DNA of 34,790 nt from Chthonomonadales bacterium. GTDB lineage: Bacteria; Armatimonadota; Chthonomonadetes; Chthonomonadales; Chthonomonadaceae. Of the stretch, positions 9,924 to 18,287 are shown one piece after another. The notes beneath the pieces were generated by a model. That model was given only the letters and a program-made list of their open reading frames with translations, searched no databases and was not told where the DNA came from. The position numbers and the translations under genes were made by a program. Each line of letters starts with the position of its first letter. Positions within the stretch are counted from its first letter, which is position 1. The DNA lies in contig JBBQPO010000022.1 in NCBI GenBank assembly GCA_038217285.1, positions 1 through 34,790 of the forward strand, written 5' to 3'.

Positions 9924-10733
9924 CTATCGCTCGATCAGGAAGCAGAGTTCATTTGGGAACGAGAAGCGCTGTGCGTTCCAGCCCTCGGCCTGCAGGAGTT
10001 CACGAAACCAGCCTTCGTAGTGTTCTGCACGGCCCCTGCCATGCCCTCCCAGACTGCGGGTCGGGAACGAGATCAGGAGATAGCGCGTGCGCAAGCTGCG
10101 AAGCCATCTCTGTGCCGTTCCACGTTCAGTCTGCTCCAGCACCGGCAAAAATTTCAGGATCAGCGCGACCTCCGCTTCGATCTGCGGCGCGGTCACGGCC
10201 ACGTCTTCTGCCTGCGCCTGTCCGGCGATGTCTGAGATGCGGAAAAACTCCTCCAGAAACGCCATCATATCCCCGTAGATGTCGCGGGCGGCGTAATGGA
10301 TTTCCCCTCCTTCCGCCAGCGGCATCCAGGGCAGTGTGAGCGGATTGAGCCCGCAGGCCACATCCAGGACGGACCGGACCGGCGCGATATCCGCGAGCGT
10401 CGTCGTATAAAAGGTTTCCAGATACGGCAGACGTTCCGAAGTAGAGGCGTGTTCCGCCAGGATGCTGCGGGAGACCTCCTTGCGGGCCTCCTGGTCTGCA
10501 GCCTGACGGAGCCCGGCGATCCAGTCTCCGTAACGGGGAGACCTCTCCAGATAGGCTCCTGCCACCTGATGCAGGGTGTTTTTCGTCTCTTTGACCGCCT
10601 CTTTCAGGCTGCGCCGCTTCGCCAACTCCCGCTCCCCCAGTCTCCGAATGAGATCCGGGCAGATGTGCCTATATTTCGCGCTCTCTTGCACCGTCGCCAC
10701 CAGCCGCTCCAGGGGGGACTGCTGCTCCGCCAT
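9924..10733 (-). CDS. 16S rRNA (guanine1405-N7) methyltransferase, ArmA/Rmt/Sgm (FmrO) family
   Basis: KNTLHQVAGAY, HASTSERL, VLDVACGLNPL, LILKFLPVLE, ISFPTRSLGG and NEL motifs; ATG 10733 with a GAGAGG RBS. Confidence 0.88.
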   Translation of the reverse strand: MAEQQSPLERLVATVQESAKYRHICPDLIRRLGERELAKRRSLKEAVKETKNTLHQVAGAYLERSPRYGDWIAGLRQAADQEARKEVSRSILAEHASTSERLPYLETFYTTTLADIAPVRSVLDVACGLNPLTLPWMPLAEGGEIHYAARDIYGDMMAFLEEFFRISDIAGQAQAEDVAVTAPQIEAEVALILKFLPVLEQTERGTAQRWLRSLRTRYLLISFPTRSLGGHGRGRAEHYEGWFRELLQAEGWNAQRFSFPNELCFLIER

Positions 10734-10922
10734 ACCGATCCTCTCTCTTTCCCTGACAGGGCAGGCTCTTGAATACTTTCGAGGCTCTCCTTCGTAACGA
10801 TAACTGTAGACGTGTTCTTGAGGACTCCGGGTGTACAAGCGTGAGAGGATTGTGGTACAATTCGGTCACCGAATCTTGTAAAGCAGGCGGCTCGGTACAG
10901 TAGTTCCTGATCGTCCATCCCG

Positions 10923-11705
10923 TTGGAAAGTGAGAAAATCAATATCGTGATCGTGTCATCGCTCATTCCGCAGGTCATCTCGGGTCTCTGCTGGGTTCTC
11001 TACGGTAGTTTCTACGAGTGGTACTTTCATAAGTTCTGGATGCATGTACCTCGCACCCCTAAAGAAGCGTTCCGTGGGCATACCATCGTTCATCATGGGC
11101 TCTATAAGGGCGACCAGAGCTATTTCGTTCCCGAAGATGAGCATCCCACGCATATTCTGCTCAAGCCCTATGCGCTCCCCGCGATCGTCCTGATGCACGT
11201 CCCGATCATGCTGCTGATCGAACACTTCATCCACCATACGTTTGTCGGCGGCCTCGTTGCGACCATCGTCTACTTCGTAGTCTATGAGTATACCCACTGG
11301 AATATGCATGTGCCGCGCGGGCACTACATCGAAAAATTCGGCTGGTTCCAGTTCCTGCGCAACCACCACCATCTGCACCACAAGTACTTTCAAAAGAACT
11401 TCTGTGTGCTGTTCCCGCTGGCGGACGTCGTGTTCGGCACCCTGATCACGGATGCCAGTATCGCGCGCAAAAAGGCGGAGCGTGAGGCAGCTATTGCGAG
11501 TGGCAAGATCATCGAAGAGCGCAATCGTCCCCGGCGTGCCGAGCGCGAAGCCCGGCAGTTGCGCGCCGGTGTGCGGCCTCTCTCCGATCCATCGACAGGA
11601 GCGGAAGGCGAGCGTCCCCGCCGCGTGAAGGAGAGCCGCCGCGACCGCCGTATCCGCGAAGTACGTGCCATGCAAGCGACCTTCAAACCGCGCCGCGACC
11701 GTTAA
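10923..11705 (+). CDS. Sterol desaturase / fatty-acid hydroxylase superfamily membrane protein
   Basis: His boxes EWYFHKFWMH, HTIVHH, EYTHWNMH and HHHLHH, followed by NF; exact start uncertain (TTG). Confidence 0.75.
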   Translation: MESEKINIVIVSSLIPQVISGLCWVLYGSFYEWYFHKFWMHVPRTPKEAFRGHTIVHHGLYKGDQSYFVPEDEHPTHILLKPYALPAIVLMHVPIMLLIEHFIHHTFVGGLVATIVYFVVYEYTHWNMHVPRGHYIEKFGWFQFLRNHHHLHHKYFQKNFCVLFPLADVVFGTLITDASIARKKAEREAAIASGKIIEERNRPRRAEREARQLRAGVRPLSDPSTGAEGERPRRVKESRRDRRIREVRAMQATFKPRRDR

Positions 11706-12243
11706 AGGCATTCCGGTAGAGACAGGCAGCCATCATCAAGGCGGCGATGGTCTTGGCGTCGGCGAACTCTCCGGCGAAAACCCGGCTTTCGATCTCCGCC
11801 ATCGGAATTTCGACCAGTTCGAGCTTTTCGTCCTCGTCCGGATTGGTCAGGCCCGGTGTCAGGCCCGTCGCCAGGTAGGCGTACATCAGCTCCGTCGAGT
11901 AGCCGGGAGCCAGATAAGCGGTGTAGAGCGGGCGCAGGTCGGCAGCGCGATAGCCGGTCTCCTCCTCTAACTCCCGCATGGCGCAAGCCTCCGGCTCTTC
12001 GTTCCCCTCCCGCTTTCCGGCGGGGACCTCGAGGAGCGGCTGCCCCGCCGCCAGCCGAAACTGCCGCACCAGCAGCACCATGCCGTCGTCGCGGATCGGC
12101 ACGATACAGACGGCTCCATGGTGCGCCACGATCTCGCGCTTCGCCACACGGCCGTCCGGCTGACGTATCGTGTCTACTCTCAGATCCAGCACTTTCCCGC
12201 TATATATCGGTTCGCTTCCAATGACCGTTTCCGTCAGTTCCAC
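11683..12243 (-). CDS. nudF: NUDIX hydrolase, ADP-ribose pyrophosphatase-like
   Basis: Nudix box PAGKREGNEEPEACAMRELEEETGY; LVRQFR; DAKTI; RBS GGAGAAG before GTG. Confidence 0.85.
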   Translation of the reverse strand: MELTETVIGSEPIYSGKVLDLRVDTIRQPDGRVAKREIVAHHGAVCIVPIRDDGMVLLVRQFRLAAGQPLLEVPAGKREGNEEPEACAMRELEEETGYRAADLRPLYTAYLAPGYSTELMYAYLATGLTPGLTNPDEDEKLELVEIPMAEIESRVFAGEFADAKTIAALMMAACLYRNAFNGRGAV

Positions 12244-12357
12244 GCCTTCTTCTCCCTATCCTGTTATTATCGAGCGAACCGTTTCCGACATGGTTTCGTC
12301 TCCCTCACCGTCCGGTGCAAGTTCGCAGCGCCCGCCCTCGATTCCTGCCCCCCCTTT

Positions 12358-12387
12358 TTGACAGAGAGGAGAGGGCCGGGGTAGAAT
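12358..12387 (+). promoter_or_regulatory. sigma70 promoter for VOC gene
   Basis: TTGACA (12358-12363), N18, TAGAAT (12382-12387). Confidence 0.65.
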
Positions 12388-12448
12388 GCACCCTACGCGC
12401 CGATCTTGATTCGGCCACAGGTTTACCACAACGGAGGGAGTTACGCAC

Positions 12449-12793
12449 GTGCAGTTTCACGGGGTTATGGCGATGGTATTGGTACAGGACATCGAGCGGG
12501 CTTTGCGATTCTATCGGGATACGCTGGGATTTACGGTGGCCGAAGAGGAGGAGGACTGGGTCATATTTCATGAGGGCGTCGGATTACAGGTCTCTCCCGA
12601 CCCTATTCCGGCGATCAACATCGCCTTTACCGCTGTGCAGGTCACCCTTCAAGTAGACGACGTCCAGGCCGCTTTCGCCGAACTGACGAAAAAAGGGGTG
12701 CCCTTCCTGATCCCTCCGACCAGTTCCGGCAGCGCCTCCTTCGCCACGTTCCGCGACACCGAAAACAACATGCTACAACTTATGGAGCTCTAG
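12449..12793 (+). CDS. VOC / glyoxalase family protein
   Basis: VQDIERALRFYRDTLGF, LQVDDVQAAFAELTKKGV and ATFRDTENN; GGAGGG RBS. Confidence 0.88.
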   Translation: MQFHGVMAMVLVQDIERALRFYRDTLGFTVAEEEEDWVIFHEGVGLQVSPDPIPAINIAFTAVQVTLQVDDVQAAFAELTKKGVPFLIPPTSSGSASFATFRDTENNMLQLMEL

Positions 12794-12973
12794 CCTATCC
12801 TATATCACCATTCGATATCTCGCAGAAATATTCCAAGAGCAGCGAGATAGTGATGGGATTGGGCACCCCCTTCCCATTTAGGCAACTCCCAAGAATTACT
12901 GCTCCACATTCGGACCCCTTCTGACTTCAACCGAGGCGGAATTGTGGAGCGATAATAGTTTGGCGGTTCCTTA

Positions 12974-13150
12974 GCTTATCTTGTCCCGCAAGCGCCCTGA
13001 GCGCCGCGACCGATGTGCCCGGCAATAAATTGCCGTTCTGAAAGGGCAAACCCGCCTTCGCGGGTTCAATGCCTTGGAGTCCGCGCAGGCGGACTTCCCG
13101 TTTCAGAACGGGATTTCAATCCCGCTTCTTCCCTAAGGGACAAGATTAGC
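12974..13150. repeat. REP/REPIN- or MITE-like nested inverted-repeat element
   Basis: 14-bp terminal IR (gcttatcttgtccc 12974-12987 / gggacaagattagc 13137-13150, 13/14 match) encloses 47-bp imperfect inverted arms (13020-13066 / 13078-13124), each arm containing two small palindromes. Confidence 0.7.
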
Positions 13151-13173
13151 CGCGTCTTTAAGAGACATTGAGG

Positions 13174-13971
13174 TCAGGTCTCATCCACTTCTGCGGGCCT
13201 GTTTTTGTCGCGCCAGACGAGGAAGAGTACGACTCCGGAGAGGGCCATAAGCACGAAGAACATCACGATGGGCCCCAGCGTGAAGCCCAGCATCCTGCCG
13301 CCGAAGTCGTTCATCAGCGAGTCCATGCGGTCGATCAGCAGCGCGAGACGCGCCATGATGGTCGAACCGAAGATGGCCCCGAACGAGAACATCATCAGCC
13401 AGCGGCCCAGTTTCGCCGATCCTTTCAGCACTGGGTGCTTCTGCTCAAAGGAGAAGAAGAAGTAGGACATGACGCACAGCAACACCACCAGGAAGATCAG
13501 GTTGTTGACGGCGTCGGGCCAGGAGACGGCTTTGATGGCGGGATGATCGGCAGTTTTGGCGATGGCGTCATGCGCGATCACCGGGCGGAAGGTCGTGGCG
13601 ATCTGAGGCCAGGCGTCTCCGACGAAACCCTGGAAGGTCTGTCCCGCCCCCACTCCCAGGAAGAACCCGATCACAAGCCGGGCGATCCAACTGTTCTTCT
13701 TCGAGTAGATGAAGTAGAAGCAGAGCCCCAGCGAGAGGGCGAAGATATTCCACCATTTGCCCTCGTTCCACATCGGCTCCCACCACTTGGGCAGCAGCAC
13801 GTCCGTCCAGGTATTGGCGATCAGGAAGCCGGTCGCCAGCCCCAGAAACAGGTGTTCGAACAGCCGATAGATCTTGTTCTCTTTGTAGAGCACCGAATAG
13901 AGGCCGAGTGTGCAGAGTGCCCCGAACCACAGTACGATGACGTCTTTGTTCGCTGCCAGCCATGCGCTCAT
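13174..13971 (-). CDS. Uncharacterised polytopic membrane protein (DUF6754-cluster, last gene)
   Basis: Multiple hydrophobic helices; motifs YSVLYKENKIYRLFEHLFLG and GRWLMMFSFGAIFGSTIMARL; ATGA overlap with the upstream gene. Confidence 0.8.
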   Translation of the reverse strand: MSAWLAANKDVIVLWFGALCTLGLYSVLYKENKIYRLFEHLFLGLATGFLIANTWTDVLLPKWWEPMWNEGKWWNIFALSLGLCFYFIYSKKNSWIARLVIGFFLGVGAGQTFQGFVGDAWPQIATTFRPVIAHDAIAKTADHPAIKAVSWPDAVNNLIFLVVLLCVMSYFFFSFEQKHPVLKGSAKLGRWLMMFSFGAIFGSTIMARLALLIDRMDSLMNDFGGRMLGFTLGPIVMFFVLMALSGVVLFLVWRDKNRPAEVDET

Positions 13972-14834
13972 TCGGCACCTCCGGCTTTGCGCTGTTTGCT
14001 GCGTTCGAGCAGCATCGCGATATTACCCATGATGATGAAGCTGATCAGCAGGAGATGCGCGACACCGAGGGAGTTGGAGGCGCGTGTGGCCCGTCCGAAG
14101 GTGTTCAAAAGCTGTTCGTACTCGACCGCGCCCTGCAGCCCCTGCAGCATTCCGACGATCTGTCCGCTGTCGAGATAGTTGAAGGCTTCCGGCGCCATGA
14201 CCGCTGTCGGAGCGAGCCCCATCGGGATCTTGAAGGGGCCCTGCATGAACTGAATGTAGATCGTGTAAGCGGCGGTCGGATTGACGTCCAGGATCATGGC
14301 GACATCTTTCGCGGTGTGGACGCCCTGCATCACCGGCAACGTCGCGACTGATCGATCATGGACGTCCACCAGCAGCGTTCCCGGAACATCTTTGACGAGG
14401 GCGCGCACGAAATTCTGCTGATCGACGCGGTAGCCGAAGTTGACCCAGCTCTCACCCTCTTTGATGTTGTAACCCTGTTTGTTGTACTCTTCCTGCAGGC
14501 CAAGGGCGATAGTCTGCGCCAGCGTCTTGCCCTGGGGGTCGAAGGCGAGCATGCCGAACCGCACCTTCTTTTTGTGCCACATGATCATCAGATGCCGCAA
14601 CAGGGCTTCCGACTGCGCGCCGTTCTCGCCGCGTGTCCCGGCGCTATAGTTCGGGCCGAACAACACGAAGCTGTTCTCCGGCAGGCTGTCGATCGCGTCA
14701 TAGAGAGCCTGGGTAGGCGGTGATACCGCTACAGGCACCCGAAACTTCACAAAAAACGGCAGTGTGACCGCGAGAAGCAGCATCACATAGAGAACGCGCC
14801 GATCCACCTGTTGCAGTAGGCGAAGGATGTTCAC
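13968..14834 (-). CDS. Uncharacterised membrane-anchored protein (DUF6754-cluster)
   Basis: N- and C-terminal TM helices around a soluble alpha/beta domain; DRRVLY, WVNFGY, YLDSGQIVG.L.GL.GAVEYEQL; AAGGA RBS before GTG. Confidence 0.8.
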   Translation of the reverse strand: MNILRLLQQVDRRVLYVMLLLAVTLPFFVKFRVPVAVSPPTQALYDAIDSLPENSFVLFGPNYSAGTRGENGAQSEALLRHLMIMWHKKKVRFGMLAFDPQGKTLAQTIALGLQEEYNKQGYNIKEGESWVNFGYRVDQQNFVRALVKDVPGTLLVDVHDRSVATLPVMQGVHTAKDVAMILDVNPTAAYTIYIQFMQGPFKIPMGLAPTAVMAPEAFNYLDSGQIVGMLQGLQGAVEYEQLLNTFGRATRASNSLGVAHLLLISFIIMGNIAMLLERSKQRKAGGAE

Positions 14835-14910
14835 GCGAGATTTCCTTTCCGTATCCGACCGGCGTCGCCGGGAAAATCATGGGCGGTATGCATGGCGTCC
14901 GTCTGCCTTC

Positions 14911-15717
14911 TCATGCGTCGAAGTAACTGCCGCGTTCAAGGCCGAGCCAGATACGCAGAGCGACCGCCAGGCCACCGATACCCAGTCCGAAGGCGATGGC
15001 GCGGGTGACGGCGGAGTTGGGAATGGTGAGAATCCAGGATCGGATCAGCTCGATATGCAGACTGTGAAAGGCGCTCGTCATCGGTATCCAGCGTGTCAAT
15101 AGTTGCCCGATGGCGATCTGCCCGAGCATCACGATGATGGCAGTCGCCAGCAGCAGGGTCGCTTCGACCGACCGAATCCGGAACGCCCGGTAAGCGGCGG
15201 AGACGATATAGAAGGCGACGATGGAGAACATCGTGGCGTCGAGGGAGACGAGACCGCCGACAAACAGAACGTCGTACAAATTCTTGTTGAGCGGATTGGG
15301 ATGCGCCTTTTGCAGGATGCCGATGACGGTCATCATAATCATACTGAGAAAAAATACCACGCTGTTGAAGGAGCCTGCCCCGCCTTTCATCAGCCGCTTG
15401 CCATGCACCTGGCACAGGTTGATGACGCCGAGGCCGACGGTCCATCCGAAGACGGCATTCACATAGTTGCCGAACGGAACGACCGACGGCGACAGGAAGT
15501 TGCCGATCGCCTTCGGATCGTCCGGTGTGGGCATGGGCTGGGTGGGAAGAAAGAACTCCAGGGCGGCGTAGAGACCGCCGATCAGGGTGGCGGCACGAAC
15601 GATTCCGCGGCGGAACCGCTGTGGCACCAGCATGAGGATTCCCAGCGCCACCAGGCTCAACACCAGACCCAGCAGGATCATCCCGATATTCGGCCCAACG
15701 ACTGCTTTCACAGGCAT
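14911..15717 (-). CDS. Uncharacterised polytopic membrane protein (DUF6754-cluster)
   Basis: About 7 hydrophobic helices; FYIVSAAYRAFRIRS.EA and RAI.FG.GIG....LRIWLGLER motifs. Confidence 0.8.
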   Translation of the reverse strand: MPVKAVVGPNIGMILLGLVLSLVALGILMLVPQRFRRGIVRAATLIGGLYAALEFFLPTQPMPTPDDPKAIGNFLSPSVVPFGNYVNAVFGWTVGLGVINLCQVHGKRLMKGGAGSFNSVVFFLSMIMMTVIGILQKAHPNPLNKNLYDVLFVGGLVSLDATMFSIVAFYIVSAAYRAFRIRSVEATLLLATAIIVMLGQIAIGQLLTRWIPMTSAFHSLHIELIRSWILTIPNSAVTRAIAFGLGIGGLAVALRIWLGLERGSYFDA

Positions 15718-15734
15718 AGTTTGTCACTCACTCT

Positions 15735-16505
15735 CTATTTGGGCAGGAAAAGGCTTCCAAAAGATTTACCCAGGATGGGCGCGAAAGTAGCGAGGGTGGC
15801 TCCGAAGACGATAAGCGCGATCAACATGCCCTTGGCGATGTCTTGCCCGACCATGCTGCCGAGCAGCGTAGGCTCCCGGGAGAGATAGGCGCTGGCGGCG
15901 TAGAACTCGTCTCCGATGATCACATAGTCGCAGGCCGCAATAAAGAACGGAATCTGCGTCGTGCTCGGGGTTCCCGCGACCTGAATAGCGCCGACCTGCT
16001 GCCCGACCTCTGCGAAAATAAGAGCTTCGGCGTAGAAGACTCCGAACAGGAAACTGGCGGCGACCTTCTCGCGGTAGACGATCCCGGCGGTGGCGGCAGC
16101 GAAGGCGAACTGGCGATTGGAAAGGAAGCGCACGTCGTCGGGGTTGTACTGTTCGGGGCGGCCTTCCGCGACGTAAGACTCACGCACCGCCTCCTCGACG
16201 ACCGGGTAGATCTGCGGGTCGTAGACGGGCACAATGGCCCGCGTGTTGAAGCGGGCGGAAGACTTGATGATATAGCTGGTGATGGCGAGGGCCTGGAAGG
16301 TTGGGACATCGAGCCCGCCGAGTCCGATACAGCAGAGCATCGGTCGTCCCATTTCGGTAGCGCGTCCGATGGCCTCGTCGATCGCGCTCAGTCCCTGGAT
16401 CCGGCGGATAAAGAGCTGCTTTTTCCGCGCCGTGAGTATCATAAAGAGAATGGCGAAACTCATCAGGGGAACCAGTATCCACGCCGACATATTGGCATGT
16501 TCCAT
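15735..16505 (-). CDS. DUF6754-like domain membrane protein
   Basis: IRRIQGLSAIDEAIGRATEMGRP, GAIQVAGT and QIPFFIAACDYVIIGDEFYAASAYLSREP, recognised from memory as DUF6754. Confidence 0.75.
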   Translation of the reverse strand: MEHANMSAWILVPLMSFAILFMILTARKKQLFIRRIQGLSAIDEAIGRATEMGRPMLCCIGLGGLDVPTFQALAITSYIIKSSARFNTRAIVPVYDPQIYPVVEEAVRESYVAEGRPEQYNPDDVRFLSNRQFAFAAATAGIVYREKVAASFLFGVFYAEALIFAEVGQQVGAIQVAGTPSTTQIPFFIAACDYVIIGDEFYAASAYLSREPTLLGSMVGQDIAKGMLIALIVFGATLATFAPILGKSFGSLFLPK

Positions 16506-16525
16506 AGGGAAAGCCCTTTCGTATT

Positions 16526-16846
16526 TCAGGATGGCAGGATCGGATCAGGACCCACTTCGGAAAGCGCATGCCGCTCTTCGATACCGCGAATCAGCCGCTC
16601 GACGTTTGCGCGATCCTCCAGCAGTTTGGCGTACTTCTGCACATTTTCCGGACCGAACAGCGGCGCGAGAAAGCCCGAGCCGAGCAGCAGAGACTGACTG
16701 GCAATATAGGTCAGCGGCTTGTGCATCTCCAGAAAGAAGATCACCGGCGACTCCAGTCCATAGCGATGCACCTTCTGCACGAGGCTTTCGATGAGACGAT
16801 CCCGCTCGGCATCGGGGAGTTCGGCGTCCCAGTCGAAGAAGCTCAC
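16526..16846 (-). CDS. Small conserved hypothetical protein (106 aa)
   Basis: GTG start with GGAGG RBS and a GTGA overlap with the upstream stop; motif FFLEMHKPL...SQ. The N-terminal part of the longer listed ORF is a shadow of the upstream gene. Confidence 0.75.
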   Translation of the reverse strand: MSFFDWDAELPDAERDRLIESLVQKVHRYGLESPVIFFLEMHKPLTYIASQSLLLGSGFLAPLFGPENVQKYAKLLEDRANVERLIRGIEERHALSEVGPDPILPS

Positions 16847-17385
16847 GCGTGTTCGCCTCCGGAGGCGGGCTCGGCCATCATCGGGCCAGGTTCGGGCGCT
16901 TCCGACGCTGGAAGCAGAGCGGGAATATAGTTTCGGAGGGCTTCCAGGACGGAAGCGCGGTCGCCGGGTTCGCCGCGCGGCGCAAACCGCAGCGTCACGC
17001 CGCGAAAGGCGTCCAGCCGTGACGGCGCGGGCAGGGGCGTTACCGTCACCGCGCGAGTCTCTAACACGCAGCGACGTGCTTCTTTCCAGCGCAGATGCAT
17101 CCGGCTGGTGAGACCATCTGCCCAGAGGCCCTCGGCGGTGAGGCGGTAGCGGATCGGGAACAGAAAATCGGAGCATGCGCCCAGCAGCAACGCCAGCGCA
17201 GCCAGAACAGGCAGGAGTTGCCCGAACATCATCCAAACACAACCGGCCCCCAGAAAAAGCACCATCACCAGACCGGGCAGACGGTGAGGCGCACGGCGCA
17301 CGAGATGCACACTCCAGACAAGCGTAGAGGCGTTCTCGGCCAGACTCTCTTCCGTAAATGGGACGGTTTGTGTCGTTTGCGACAT
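16843..17385 (-). CDS. Hypothetical membrane protein (2 TM + small beta domain)
   Basis: AAGGA RBS; two hydrophobic helices followed by FLFPIRYRLT.EG...SRLDAFRG. Confidence 0.7.
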   Translation of the reverse strand: MSQTTQTVPFTEESLAENASTLVWSVHLVRRAPHRLPGLVMVLFLGAGCVWMMFGQLLPVLAALALLLGACSDFLFPIRYRLTAEGLWADGLTSRMHLRWKEARRCVLETRAVTVTPLPAPSRLDAFRGVTLRFAPRGEPGDRASVLEALRNYIPALLPASEAPEPGPMMAEPASGGEHA

Positions 17386-17466
17386 AATTCCTTAGTGCCA
17401 TCACCTTCACGGCGATAGGAGAGAAACAGACCCTGCTCGGCGCACGGCAATTCTCAATTTCAGGCC

Positions 17467-17495
17467 ATTATAGAAGTTTTGGGCCTGCCTGTCAA
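17467..17495 (-). promoter_or_regulatory. Perfect-consensus sigma70 promoter for six-gene membrane operon
   Basis: Minus strand TTGACA (17495-17490), 17 bp, TATAAT (17472-17467). Confidence 0.85.
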
Positions 17496-17622
17496 GTTTT
17501 CCAGGCCGCAGCACATCCAATGTCTAAATGAACGAGGCGGCAGTCAATTCGTGACAGCACGGAACGAAAAAATTCGCGGCGCCGACCGCAAACCGCGCTT
17601 TAACGCCGTCAGACCCGCTTCC

Positions 17623-17672
17623 CAGGCTTGTCTCCTTCCGGAAACCGGGATTTCTATGGGGAAACGAGCCTG
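17623..17672 (-). terminator. Possible terminator hairpin after 17686-18096 gene
   Basis: caggcttgtctcc / ggaaacgagcctg imperfect IR just past the stop codon; no clear U-tract. Confidence 0.35.
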
Positions 17673-17685
17673 ATTCGCGTAGGGA

Positions 17686-18096
17686 CTATTTCGGTTGGTT
17701 GTTCGGATTGGGTTTGGCGTTGACCTTCGGCAAGGTTTTCCGGAGCGAGTCCAGCCACATCTGCGCCTGCTTCTGGGTCGTGACGCCGTTGGCGGCCCCG
17801 TCGGCCTTCGTCACCGTGACGAGCAGGCGCTCTTTGACCATGATCTTTGCGGAGTTCTTGTCGGCCCCGACGATACGAACGTCCTCCGGCTTAATCACCG
17901 GCGCCGCGAGAATGTCCTGCAGGCGCGTGTCCACGATCTCGGCGCGCTCCTTGGGCGACATTCCATTGACAGTAGCGTGGATGCGGAAGAGCATGACCCC
18001 GCCGACCGCCACATCGCCGTCGTCAGCATGGGCAGGAGGGGCGAGCAGGCAGCAGCCTGCCAGCAGAAGTGCGGAGACGAAAACTCGGGTTTGCAT
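17686..18096 (-). CDS. Secreted hypothetical protein (136 aa)
   Basis: Signal peptide ending PAHA; AAAGGA RBS. The ERAEIV..RL / LLVTVT..DG / AQ.W pattern resembles periplasmic N-terminal domains of some MscS-family proteins (tentative). Confidence 0.75.
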   Translation of the reverse strand: MQTRVFVSALLLAGCCLLAPPAHADDGDVAVGGVMLFRIHATVNGMSPKERAEIVDTRLQDILAAPVIKPEDVRIVGADKNSAKIMVKERLLVTVTKADGAANGVTTQKQAQMWLDSLRKTLPKVNAKPNPNNQPK

Positions 18097-18164
18097 AGTA
18101 TCTATCCTTTTCGATAGTTCGATCCCCGGACAGCCCTTGTGTTCCGGATGCCTCTCTTCTAGTA

Positions 18165-18190
18165 TAGACGGAATCCGGCCCGTTCTGTTC
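18165..18190 (-). promoter_or_regulatory. ECF-type promoter GAAC-N16-CGTCTA
   Basis: The minus strand reads GAAC agaacgggccggattc CGTCTA, about 70 nt before the ATG at 18096. Confidence 0.6.
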
Positions 18191-18287
18191 TTCCGCTCTA
18201 TTCCAGCCGGGTTGGAGAGGGGCGTATGACGCCAAGAGATGTAGTACGAACAGTTGGGAGTTGGCAGACATGGCAGTCTCCGTAGTT

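Noticed and set aside
12794-13173. CRISPR array or tRNA in the structured intergenic gap
   Set aside because: The repeats are inverted rather than regularly spaced direct repeats, and no cloverleaf with appropriate arms was found.
16847-17410. N-terminal 188 aa of ORF 16526..17410
   Set aside because: Out-of-frame overlap with the 16843..17385 gene; the true start is GTG 16846 with an RBS.
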